This document shows, piece after piece, positions 1-11,859 of a stretch of DNA of 64,000 nucleotides (position 1 is the first letter of the stretch; each line of letters starts with the position of its first letter). The position numbers and the translations under genes were made by a program. This stretch comes from the human T2T-CHM13v2.0 reference genome, Homo sapiens: assembly GCF_009914755.1 (NCBI RefSeq), contig NC_060930.1; one strand, written 5' to 3'. Below the pieces are notes generated by a model. It was not told the DNA's origin and did no database searches. It was given only the letters and a program-made list of their open reading frames with translations.

Positions 1-190
1 CCTCCCGAGTAGCTGAGACTACAGGCGCCCACCACCACGCCCGGCTAATTTTTTTTTTTTTTTTGTATTTTTAGTAGAGATGGGGTTTCACCGTGTTAGC
101 CAGGATGATCTCGATCTCCTGACCTCGTGATCCGCCCATCTCGGCTCCCCAAAGTGCTGGGATTACAGGCATGAGCCACTGCGCCCTGCC
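1..190 (-). mobile_element. Alu (AluY-like), cut by the window edge, inserted in a THE1 internal region
   Basis: Antisense Alu left arm and linker with ccgtgttagccaggatg..ctcgatctcctgacctcgtgatccgccc, typical of Y/Sc; ends ...gcgccctgcc at 190. Confidence 0.92.
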
Positions 191-667
191 AAATTTTCCA
201 AACTTTTGTGTTCTGTCACCTCTTGAACACTTTACTGCTTAGAAATTTCTTCTGCCAGATACCCTAAATCATCTCTCTCAAATTCAAAGTTCCATTGATC
301 TCTAGGCATGGACAAAATTCCACCAGTCTCTTTGCTAAAGCATAACAAGAGTCACCTTTTTTCCAGTTCCCAACAAGTTTCTCATCTCCATCTGAGACCA
401 CCTCAGTTTGGACTTTATTGTCCATATCATTATCAGAATATTGGTCAAAGTCATTCAACAAATCTCTAGGAAGTTTCAAACTTTCCCACATCTCCCTGTC
501 TTCTGAGCCCTCCAAATCTATAGGAAGTTCCAAACTTTTCCACATTTTCCTATCTTCTTTTGAGCCTTCCAAATGGTTCCAACCTCTGCCTTTTACTCAG
601 TTCCAAAGTTACTTCTGCATTTTTGGATATCTTTACAGCAATGCCTCACTACCAGGTACCAATTTAC
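191..667 (-). mobile_element. THE1 (ERVL-MaLR) internal sequence, 5' part
   Basis: Abuts the LTR through ...ggtaccaatttac; ORF 264-572 (EGSEDREMWESLKLPRDLLN...VVSDGDEKLVGNW) is the typical MaLR-int remnant. Confidence 0.9.
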
Positions 668-1044
668 TGCGTTTGTGCATTCCCACACTACTAATAAAGA
701 CATACCCAAAACTGGATAATTTAAAAAGGAAAGAGGTTTAATTGAGTCATAGTCCAGCATGGCTGGGGAGGTCTTGGGAAACTTACAATTATGGCAGAAG
801 AGGAAGCAAACTTGTTCTTCTTCACATGGTGGAAGGAAAGAGAAGTGCAGAGTGAAGTGGGGGGAAAGCCCCTTATAAACCCAGCATATCTCATGAGAAT
901 TCACTCACTATTCCGAGAACAACATGGAGGTAACCAACCCCACGATTCAATTACTTCCCACTGGGTCTCTCCCAGGACATGCAGGGAATATGGGAACTAC
1001 AGTTCCAGATGCGATTTGGGTGGAGATACAGCCAAACCATATCA
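668..1044 (-). mobile_element. THE1 LTR (THE1B/C/D-like), 5' LTR of the element
   Basis: Reverse complement starts TGATATGGTTTGGCTGTATCTCCACCCAAATC; about 375 bp long. Confidence 0.92.
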
Positions 1045-1184
1045 CCTCCTAAGTCAATACACATTTTCCTAAAACAGAGAATATATTGTAGCCTCAGCTG
1101 AAATGAGCCAAGATTAGAGGAGGTAATGATGGGTCTAAAGAATTAGACAGGTGTTAGATTATGGAGTGAAAAGAACATATTATG

Positions 1185-1869
1185 CAGTCAGAATGGCTAT
1201 TATCAAAAAGTCAAAAAATAACAGATGCTGGCGAGGTTGCAGAGAAAAGGGAACACATACACTGTTGGTGGGAGTGTAAATTAATTCAACCATTTTTGAA
1301 AGCAGTATGGAGATTCTTCAAAGAACTAAAAGCAGAACTACCATTCGACTGAGCAATCCCATTACTGGGTATATACCCAGAGGAATACAAATCATTCTAC
1401 CATAAAGACTCATGCACACAAATGTTCATTGCAGCACGATTCATAATAGCAAAGACATAGAAGCAAACTAAATACCCACCAATGACAGATTGGATAAAGA
1501 AAATGTGCTACATCTACACCATGAAATACTATACAGCCATAAAAAATAAGATCATGTCTTTTTGCAGGAACATGGATGCAACCGGAGGCCATTACCCTCA
1601 GCAAACTAATTCTGGAACAGAAGACCAAATACTCCAGATATTCTCATTTGATGAGAACTTATTAACACAAAGAAGGAAACAACAGACACTGGGGTCTACT
1701 TGAGGGTGAAGGTTGGAAGGAGGGAGAGGAGCAGGAAAGACAGCTATTGGTTATTGGGCTTAATACCTAAATGATGAAATAATCTGTACAACAAACTCCC
1801 ATGACATGAGTTTGCCTATGTAACAAAACTTCATATGTACCCCCGAGCCTTAAATAAAACTAAAAGAAA
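1185..1869 (+). mobile_element. L1 3' end (L1PA15/16-like), 5'-truncated
   Basis: ORF2 C-terminal sequence (agaatggctattatcaaaaagtc...) followed by 3'UTR ...aataatctgtacaacaaactcccatgac... and an A-rich end. Confidence 0.9.
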
Positions 1870-2475
1870 CACAAAAGTCACAACTCGACCAGTTGTATAA
1901 AGATAGATTGGAGGAAATGCAGACAGTTACTAGTATGTTGAAATAACCCAACAAGAGCAATGGTGGCTCAACACCTGGGGTGGAAGTGAAGAGAGGAATA
2001 TGTGTTTGAAAGCAAAATCCACAGGATTTAATGATCAATACTTATTGGCAATTTTAATTCTCTAATTTGAGCAGAGTTGTTTGGGTGTTGAAGTGGAAAT
2101 GTTGTAGGGATTAGATAATGAGTTTAGTTTAGCACCAATCTAACTAGAGGTGACATGTTTAGAGCAATAGTGTGAGCACTAGAAAGGCAGAAACAGAGTC
2201 AAGCTGAGCTCGAGATATTAACATTTCATGATACTTCTTGATTTTTTGCTACTGAGCCTGTTTACCCACACCTGTTCCACGAAGGCTGATTCATGTAGCG
2301 ACTAGGAAGGTATATGGACTTTCTATTCTGATCTTACCGCTGGCTAACCTGCTATTCTTCCTATTCCAACAGACAAAACCAACATAAGCAAAACATTTTG
2401 AATACTTGAGCTACAAAACAATGGAACTATGTGATGCAACGACCTTGTTTTATCTTTTTTCTATGGAGATAAAGA

Positions 2476-2725
2476 ATAACAGTTTTTTTTGAGCACTTAC
2501 CATGTTCAAACAGAGTATTGCTAAATTCTAACATATTATCTCATTGATCCTCACAAGTCTCCATAGGATAGAAAATAAAAATATTATTATTCTTACTTTG
2601 CAAAAAAGAAGTTAAAGCCTAAAGAATTTAAATGAATTACCCTAAACAACTCATGAGTGATAGAGTCAGGCCTCAAATACAGCTCTGTATGACTTCAAAG
2701 CACAAGTGTTTTAACATTAATCTAA
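2476..2725 (-). mobile_element. MIR SINE
   Basis: tgagcacttaccatg...attatctcattgatcctcaca..., MIR core-like segment and gacttcaaagc end. Confidence 0.7.
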
Positions 2726-2934
2726 CCTGCCTCCCCATATTCTTTCTGATTCTCAGCTGGATAATCATAAATCACATCTCAATCACTTACATCATGATAA
2801 AATTCAAACTTTGAGGAGTTTGATTTCCAGATTTTTTATGTGTGGCCTGCGCAGGGAACAGCATAGCTTTATTTCTTCTCATTTCCTGAGATAGAGCAAT
2901 GCTCTTCTTGAGCCACATCCTACCAATGCCTGCC

Positions 2935-3225
2935 TCTTGAATACTCCATGCTCTTTCTCACATTCATGTCTTTACTCAAGCAACACATGGAGGTCTCCAC
3001 ATCTAATACTACTCAAATTATATATCATCTCCTTGGTGAAGCTTTCCTACACTCTCACCACCAAAATATTATTTCATTCTAGCTCTTTGCAACTATAAAA
3101 CTTTGTATATACCTTTATTATTATGTTTATCTCATTAATATTTTGTTTCCATGTCTGATTCTCCCCAAGACTATGTACATCTCAAAATATTCTGTTTTAC
3201 TCATTTATGTTAATAAATGTTAGTG
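2935..3225 (+). mobile_element. L2 3' fragment (degraded)
   Basis: Resembles the L2 3' end: tgtctgattctcccc..agactatg...aataaatgttag. Confidence 0.45.
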
Positions 3226-4623
3226 TCAGTCATTGTACTGATATTTCATCATCTTTGCAGAGTCAAAGATAAAGATGCTCTATTTCCGAGAAAGTGTGGA
3301 ATTCCTTTCTATGTTCCCTCTCTTCTTTCTAGTTATTTCAGAAATGGCAGTTAGGATCACCCAGTGGAGGAGTTCAATTCTCTGGTGGTAGTACTTCTAG
3401 GGCAGGTTGAGACAGTGCTCTGGAGACAGTACAGATGAAAGGAAAGAAGAGATTCTTATTACTGGGCTGTTTTTATCAGTAAGTCAATATAAGTCATTTT
3501 ACATGTAGTAAATTATCTCCTTTCTGGAAAGAATTTTCTAATGGAGGAGAAAAATGACTTAAAGATATTAAAATATTTTGAGGGAAAATATTATTATATG
3601 GATAAATAAACAGGAGTGTAAATAAGAGAGACCAGTAGTACAGTGAGACAATGTTTTCCTTCTTCTCTGAAAATAATGCAATCACTGTCTATAATAGAGA
3701 ATAACAACTTCAAAAATGTTATAAGGTTCTTCCTGGTTTTGACACATTTTGACAAACGCTATGTTCTTAATTATTTGCACTAAGAAGAAATCATTAGATG
3801 CTGTATTTGGGATCAAATATTGAAGATAATAAACAGAAATGTAGAAGAAAATTAATGTTTGAAATGCTTTTAAATTGCATATAAATTATTTTCTTTAGTG
3901 GAAAAACATTATACGAGATATATACTCTCAATATTTTAAAGTATTAAAAAATTCAAGAAAACAATGCTGTATAGTGTAAATTATATAAAGCAATGAGTGT
4001 AGATAAAGTATTCAGTCATAATGCCATTAAAGAGGAAATAAGATTAAGAGAGGTTGAGAAGAGATGAGTTTTAAATAGTAATGCTAAAAGATGGGACATA
4101 AGTTACAAAATATTAACTAGATTTGCCGTATTTGGTTTATCTGATCAGACCCAAAGAATGTTAATGGCTAAAATTAGATATATTTTTCACAACTTAATGT
4201 GGGAAGGAAAGGAAGAGACGCACCCTGGAGCAAAATTCGTTCTACAAGGTGGTAGATTAGATTAAGCTAGATTGAAACCTGCAGAGAATGACTAGAGTAG
4301 CACTAATAGGTTAGACTACCCAAAAATGTGTTTGCTTTTTCTTTTTAAAAAAATTGTATAGGTTAAAATGATCAGCCTGCACACACATTACTTGCAAGTT
4401 GTCCTGTAACTCTCATCTCTGAATATATAACAGGTTCAAATTTATTGGTCAGATTAGTCAGTTGACCCGTTACAGCTAAATCAAAAGAAATAAAATAAAG
4501 GAAATGAGATTTCCTTTGAAAAAATTAAGGAAGAAATTATAGAATTAGGAAACTGTATAAGTGCAGTGGAACGCAGGTCTGGAATTAGGCATCAGGGAAC
4601 TGAAGTTTGCTTATAATCAATGA

Positions 4624-4990
4624 TGTTATTATGAACTAAATGCTTGTCCCACCACCCCCCACTACTCCAAATTCATATATTGAGGCTCTCACTCCCAATG
4701 TGATGGGGTTAGGAGATGGGGCCGTTTGGGGGGTAATTAGGTTTAGATGAGGTTGTGAGAGTAGAGCTTCCATGATTGGACTAGTGGCTTTAGAAGAGGA
4801 AGAGACAGCAGAGCTCTCTGTTTCTCTGCCATGTGAGGACACAGCAAGAAAACAGCCTTCTGAAAGCCGGGAAGACAGTCTTTATCAGAAACCAGCCACA
4901 GACACCCTGATCTTAGAATTTCCATGCTCCAGAAATGTCTGGGGTTTAAGCCTCTCAGTCTATGATATTTTGTTGTAGCAGTGTAAGACA
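4624..4990 (+). mobile_element. MLT1A/MLT1A0 solo LTR
   Basis: aaattcatatattgaggc...ggtaattaggtttagatgagg...ccatgtgaggacacagcaagaa...taagaca. Confidence 0.88.
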
Positions 4991-5589
4991 TGCAGAATTA
5001 GAGGAGTGATTAAGACAAATGTCAGTAAAGATTGTTTTCTTAAAGAGAAGAGACAGCCATAAAAGGTGATGTCACCCCCTACAGCAAGCATAATGAGTCA
5101 AGGTCTTGGTGAAAGCCAACCTGCTCTTAAGATGGTGATGGAATCCATGTCAATTCTCAGTCTAGGCAGCTTCCTTAATGCCTTCCAGGTGATTTTAAAA
5201 GAGCCACCAGGGATATAGGCTTGTGCATTAATTAACAAAGTAGACTCCCCATGAAGATGAGATAAATTCTTTTAATCTCATATATTATGTTAAGGCAACC
5301 ATTAAGTGTTTGATGAATGAGAAGAAGGTCACAGGAAAAAAAAACATGGATAATTATTATTATATTATTTTATGATTACAAATATTCTCTGAACACTAAA
5401 AAAAGTTTGAATGATTCTAAGAATATAACTGCAGATCTATTGCATTCCCTAGAGAAACTAGGATAGTTCTACATGGACATGAAAATATATCTTTTCCTCT
5501 AGTTTTGAGCAGTGTTAAACATTTTCCCTAAGGAATTTTAGCAACAGTAGAACATTATTTTTAAATTAACTTTTTCATTAAATACTTGT

Positions 5590-6200
5590 TTCCCTTGAAA
5601 AGGGAGCAGCTGTTTAGTGCTGGCAGATATTTTTCCCCTCAATCTATGAGTGTAAATAAAAAACAATTTGTTTTGTGAGTAATCTACAGTATGACAATTT
5701 GTCTACAAATATGTCACTGCCTGTTTACTTCAGTGTGTGTCAATTGGATTTAGCCCCTTATTTGCAGAGAAGAGAAGAAGGCAATCTTGACAGCATGCCT
5801 GCCTGCCAGGCTGGCACTGCAGCCTCTCCCCCAGCTTCCTGTTGCCACTGAGAACCACGGGGAGTGAGAAGCCACACACTGTGCAGAGTGTGGGCTTAGC
5901 AGGACTAGGCCAGCAACAAAATTAGAGACCTGGGCTCTCACTGAGAGAGTAGAGAGCTGTTCACACAGAGGCAGATCTTTCTGTACAGCACTTTGATTAA
6001 GTCTAGGAAGAACCTTAATAGACTGCCATTTACTAGAAAGGAACCTTTTAGAGACAAGTGTTGGGAGATGGAGTTGGCTTTTTTTCCCCTCTGTCAGCTC
6101 CCTCTATACTGAACAGCTGATGCTTGCATTAAAGGAAGATCAAATAAAAAGCTTATTCAGCACTTACTAGATTTCCGGGAAGGAAAAAAAATATTGTCAG
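5590..6200. promoter_or_regulatory. Candidate cis-regulatory element or alternative first exon (unique, locally GC-richer island)
   Basis: No repeat recognised; contains E-box CAGCTG, forkhead TGTTTAC, MEIS TGACAG, ETS CTTCCT, TCF CTTTGAT and palindrome TGCCAGgCTGGCA. Confidence 0.3.
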
Positions 6201-7130
6201 CTTTAGCTTACTTATATGTAAGTATATCCTTCTATATGTCAGCTTATATCACCCGGTGTGATGTATGATTCACTCCATGTATTTAGTATTATAATGAGTG
6301 AATCTCTTTCCCATAGCCAGGCACAGTACTCTCCTTTCACATCGGCACTTGCAGGGTTTGCATATTCACAAGATTGACCTGAGCTAGTGAACTCAAGAAC
6401 CACATTAAGTTATTTCTATGGCTTGTGGATTACTCAGACAGATCTTAATGTTGTTATTTTGTGACAAATGATAAATGTTCCCTTCCATTGGACTCAGCAG
6501 CAGCATTAGTGTTATGGTAACTGAATTACTAATCTCTATTTCTTTTCTAAATATTTGTTCTTTTTTATATGTATATATGTATATTTTTATGTGTGTGTAT
6601 ATATATATATTTCAAAACTGAGATGTAGGCAGGAAATGGCAAATTCAATAGAAAAGTGATTAAAAGGGCAAAACTTAGTACAGGGCATGTATCCACTTGC
6701 TACATGAACACTTATTATAGATGATTATTAATTAAAATCTTTAGGAGTGTTTTGAAAGAGTGTTTTGAAAATAAATTTCAAAACCAAGAGCAATCTAAAA
6801 ATATTTATCTCAAGCTTCAAGTATGCAAGAAGGTTAAATTCTGAGCAAAAATACAAATGCCATTTATTTTACACCAAGACCTTTAAATATAAATTATGAT
6901 TCTACCTAGGGACAGGGAATGGAGGAAGTCAATACTACTTCCTCCTTTAAAATGGACTGGAAAACTCCAAGTTGGACACAATACACAGAATTCATTTTGA
7001 GAGATAAATCCTAACTACTTACTCTGAATAGTTTTTATTCAGATCCCAGTAGTTGGAAAATGATAGTTTAGAGAGACCCAAATTGGAAAGAAGTATATCC
7101 CTCTGTCACAGCTACCTTAAAACATCTTAA

Positions 7131-7442
<312 letters not shown>

Positions 7443-8086
7443 ACTTTTCTAATATTTAGAAAAATACTTATTGAAGCTATTAGAGATTATTAAATACTTG
7501 TGCTTAGAAAAATTCCAAACTTAGAGATGACATTTAAAAAATAATTTCCTCTTAATTCCTGTATATATAGGGAAAGAGAATTGTGTAAGTTTCTAAATTC
7601 CTAAAATGCATAGTAATTTTGAAAAAATTAAACAAAAAGTGAAGCAGAGGGAAGCACATAATTTTACATATTGATGGTGAAGCCAGGGTGTATGTATAAA
7701 GATGGAGTTTAGACACATTCATGTTTTTGCTTTCCACTAAAATAAGAGATAAAGATTCAAAGACTCATAAACCCACAAGGATAAACAAAACAGGAAAAGA
7801 TAAAACAGCAACTAACTTTTTGGAATCTAGAGTGACAGATGCATGTAACTGACACAGCCTAATAGAGCTAAATTCTAAACTGGCAGTGGGGAAGGCTGAG
7901 AACCACGTTTACACCATAGAACCCTAAATATGTACAGATGGGCAACATTGGATGTTTCTTGAATTGAGGGTAAAGGCAGAGAGGATTGTTTGAACGATGG
8001 CTGAAGAAGCAGTTAGGATCCGTCCCCCCACAGACATGCTTCCCACCCCTGCATGTAGCTCTGTGAATCCCTGTGCCACCAGACAC

Positions 8087-8489
8087 TGTAATGCCAGGCT
8101 GGGTTTTTCTTCAAAGAAGGACTTGTTTACCCAGTGCTGTGAGTACTGCCTCAGACAGGCATCAGGTGTCAGCACCCTCAGGGATTGTCTCAGCTACAGA
8201 AAACAATCTCAGCTTTCTGTGGCCTACATCTAATGGCTAATCAATGCAGTAGGGTAAGGTGTAACTATCTAAGTCCAACAGGGAACAACTCTGAAGGACT
8301 GTTCTAGTTCCAGACCTCTCTGGGGGGTCAGACAATCTATCTTTGGGCCAGTATCACAGCTGGATTTCTCCCTCTGCCCAAACATAATTTCTTCCTTTCC
8401 CGTCCACAGGGCTTGAACACAAAGAAGCACCTCAATAAATATCCTGTACATCAACTTGGTGTCCGAGCCTCCATCTAGATTCTGCAACA
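8087..8489 (+). mobile_element. LTR16-family (LTR16C-like) ERVL solo LTR
   Basis: gaacaactctgaaggactg..ttccagacctc..., ttctccctctgccca, aataaa..cctg, TG...CA ends. Confidence 0.72.
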
Positions 8490-9554
8490 ATAATTCTTCC
8501 TAATCTCTAAAGAAAAGTGTTGACTTATTCTTAGCATTCCATAAAGCAGAGGGTGTCTCTACAAAGGGGAACACTAGGGAACGTGAAGAGCAGATATTTC
8601 ATACTTAATACAAGTCAAATAATTGAACATTTGCACACCAAAGCAGAGATACAAGCCTTCTAATTCCTACAATTGTCTATAGGGTATTCAGGAAAATTGC
8701 TTTCTGAAGTATCTGAAAAGCCTAAAAAGAAAATTAGAATGCATTCATATTAAGATAAAATGGCCCCACCAGAAAACCTTACAGAGAAGCCCAAAGGTAG
8801 TAAACTTTATACCAGCAAAGAGCTTACAGTGATTTCTTTTGAAGCCTTAGAAGAAAATCTGAGATAAATAAGTATACATAGAAACCTTTTAACATGAAAG
8901 ACAAACACCAAAATAGGCAAACAAACAAACAAATAGCAACTTGGAGGTACTAAAGACTAGGAAGTGATTATGAAATTAAAATTACTGATATCCTCAGAAA
9001 GATAAGAGAAGGTATTACATTCATGAAACAAGAACAAGGTGCTATAAAAGAAGAAAATAGAGTTCCTGAAAATTAAAAAGACATCAGTCAAAAACAAAAC
9101 CTTACTAGAAGACTAGGAAGATCGAATGATGCTCCCTTTCTGAAATACATCAAAAAGGCAAAGATATGAAAAATAAGATAGAATTCATAAGAAATATGAA
9201 GAATCACTCTAGAAGTCCCAATATAAAAATTTATGAAATTCAAAAGAAGAACTGAGAAAGCAGAAGTGAAATCATCAATAAAATATTAAAGAAAATATAC
9301 AGTTTCCAAATGGAAAGAGTCCGCAGAATGACTGACAAAATAGATGAAAATAACGCCAAATTAATGTATCCCATTTTATTTTACTTTATAATTATTTTTT
9401 AGAGACAACATCTTGCTTAATGTGTGCCATTTTAAAGGAGCAAAATAAATATTCTACAATGTCATTGGAAGCAGATGAAAGAGAATATATGAGGTGTTCT
9501 TTGAACTTCTCAGAGCAACCCTAGAAGCTAGAAGATCAGGGAGCAATAGAACAT

Positions 9555-10115
9555 GTTAAGGTCAGTAAGACAGAATTGGCAAAACTCTGCTAGACAAATG
9601 ACTATTTTCATCAATAAATTAATCCTGGGTTATAGAGTCAACAGAAAAATTTTTGGGTATCAAAAGAAACTTAAGAGATATGAACAAAATGGAATATGCA
9701 GATCATAGGGTCCTTGTGTTTTTTTTTAATCTTTATTCATATCAGCCAACTTAAAACAATAGAAACAGGGAAAAACTGAGCATGACCTGGATATTAAATA
9801 ATATTAAAGAATTATTTAATTTTGGGGTTGTACTATTTCCACTGTGTTCTCATTTTTTTAAAGTAGCTTTTATAAGAGATACATGCATTCTGAAATATTT
9901 ACAACTGACATCATATGATTTCAGGCATTTTTTTTTTAAAATCAGTCCTTTCCCTTCTCCCCTGCGAAAAAAAGTATGAAGGGGTGTGAGTAGATTAAAC
10001 AATATAGCAGGAAGTTGATTGGTGTAAGGCTTCGTGATGAGCATTGGAAGACGAGTGCATTATCTTTTCTTCCTTTGTATGTGTTTGAAAATATCAATAG
10101 CAAAAAGATTTTTTA
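9555..10115 (+). mobile_element. Old L1 3'UTR fragment (L1MC/L1ME class)
   Basis: ctagacaaatgac...aaacttaagagata..., tgaaatatttaca..., tgtatgtgtttgaaaat..aatagcaaaaa. Confidence 0.7.
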
Positions 10116-10914
10116 AAGCTCTGAATGTCCAGATAAAATTCAATTTCATATATCTTTTCTCTGAAAGCCACTGCAGGAGATAGTATTCCAAAATTAGGGA
10201 ATAAAACAAACAAACAAAAAAATAGAATCTGTGGGGAACAGGACATAGGAAAAACACACAGAAGGGAGATAAAGAATATCCCTTAGAATTATTATAGCTT
10301 TATATTATCTGTGTCTACACAAACCAACAGAAAAGACACACACAAACTCACAGACACACACACACATATGCACACACAAACACGTACAAACATGTTTTTC
10401 CATTAGGCTCACAATCATGTGACCCAAGATTTTACTTGATTCTTATGGCCCTAATTACATTAAGACAGAATTATGGGATGGACTCAGCAACTCTCATCAG
10501 TGGTCTATGTAAAGCAAATTCTTAGGAAATCACAAAGCTGAGATGTTTCTTCCAGGCACAGACTGCACTGTTTCTTACATTCAAGAAGCACAGAGTTAGG
10601 ATCTTCCTTTAAAAGGTTAAGAAAAGGAGCCTCTACGCTGCCCCTGGGTGAGCCTCTTGAAAACAGTAATCAGGTAATTAGCTATGGCTTGCCCAGCCTC
10701 CCTACATTAAGGAACAAACAATCAACGTTGGAGTAAGCGCTGTTAGACATATGAATATCAAAGTCTCCTAGTGACTTTTAGTAATTTCCATCTGATAATT
10801 ATTTCTCTAATTCTCAACTAAATTGTGGTTTGCTCAATTTAAGGCCAGGTTTTTCCCCTCTTTATTTTAGTTTTTACTTAAGAACTTTTAACAATGCTTT
10901 GCATTTTTATTGGG

Positions 10915-11380
10915 CATTGTATTTGTCAAAGCTCTAATTGGCAAGAAGCAGATATCATCTCTGATTTATGCAGAATGTACATTTATTGAAGGAAATTGTG
11001 GGGGAGTCACTGAATTGCCCCAAGCCCAGAGTACCAAACTTAGGAAAATGGACAGGGATATAGAAAACTCTTTGTCCAGAACGGGTGTCCAAATCACATC
11101 ACAGATTCTAAGCAGGAAGTACTTTGCTTCCAGGGCCACTGGACACCAGCATTTGCAGGTGCCCCTCCAGCATAGCTGGTATTGATACCTACCAGGAATC
11201 CCCACTAAATTTGCTGCCTTAAGATCCCAGATATCACAATGTGGTCCCTTAAGCGAAGAGAGTCTCTACAGACCTTGCTTCTTTCATATAGCTCCCAATT
11301 CAAGGTGAGAGTGACCGATGGGCCATGCATGGGTCGCATACCTATACCCTGGCTGCAAAAAAGTTTGATAAACACTTCCA
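10915..11380 (-). mobile_element. Old MLT1 LTR (MLT1M/N-like)
   Basis: ...atttattgaagga... near one end and gatgggccatgcatgggtcgcatacctataccctggctgcaa near the other. Confidence 0.5.
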
Positions 11381-11420
11381 CAAAGATTATTATGAAAAAC
11401 ATGCTACAAATTCAGAGGAC

Positions 11421-11570
11421 TTAGCAAAACTCTGCTAGACAAATGATTAGTTTCTTCAACAGATCAATGCTGGGGGATAGAGACAGCAGAAAACTTATTG
11501 GACATCAAAAGATACTTAAGGGATATCAATAAAATACAATATACAGGTCATGGGGGTCTTGTTTTTGTTT
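11421..11570 (+). repeat. Second copy of 9576-9725 (150 bp dispersed direct repeat)
   Basis: Manual ungapped alignment gives 121/150 identical. Confidence 0.9.
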
Positions 11571-11763
11571 TTGATCTTCAAATGTTGTGCAACCAGAAAT
11601 ATACAGATTTGTACTATAAGCATTTTGCAACTGTGTATAAGTACATATTTCATTTTAATTTTAAAATTCAAGATCTTGTGAATCAGTAATGATTTAGATC
11701 TGTCAGTGCAAACTTTTGCATTAACGGGAGTAACATTTTGAAAAACTGTATTCTGAGGGCCAC

Positions 11764-11859
11764 TGTGTATATTTTATATTAAGTAGTGTTAAGTGTGCAT
11801 CAGGAGTAGAGTGTGTATATTTTATATTAAGTAGTGTTAAGTGTGCATCAGGAGTAGAG
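11764..11859. repeat. Perfect 48-bp tandem duplication
   Basis: tgtgtatattttatattaagtagtgttaagtgtgcatcaggagtagag at 11764 and 11812. Confidence 0.97.

Larger units (their letters stand above)
7740..10290 (+). mobile_element. HAL1 fragments (about 7740-8085, 8490-9550 and 10125-10290), interrupted by LTR16 and L1ME
   Basis: atatcctcagaaagataagagaaggtattacattcatgaaacaagaacaagg, cttctcagagcaaccctagaagctagaag and cttttctctgaaagccactgcaggaga resemble successive HAL1 segments. Confidence 0.65.

Noticed and set aside
264-572. 102-aa ORF as a gene
   Set aside because: It is a THE1-internal remnant
5868-5898. Imperfect hairpin as a pre-miRNA
   Set aside because: The stem is too short (about 13 bp) for a Drosha/Dicer substrate
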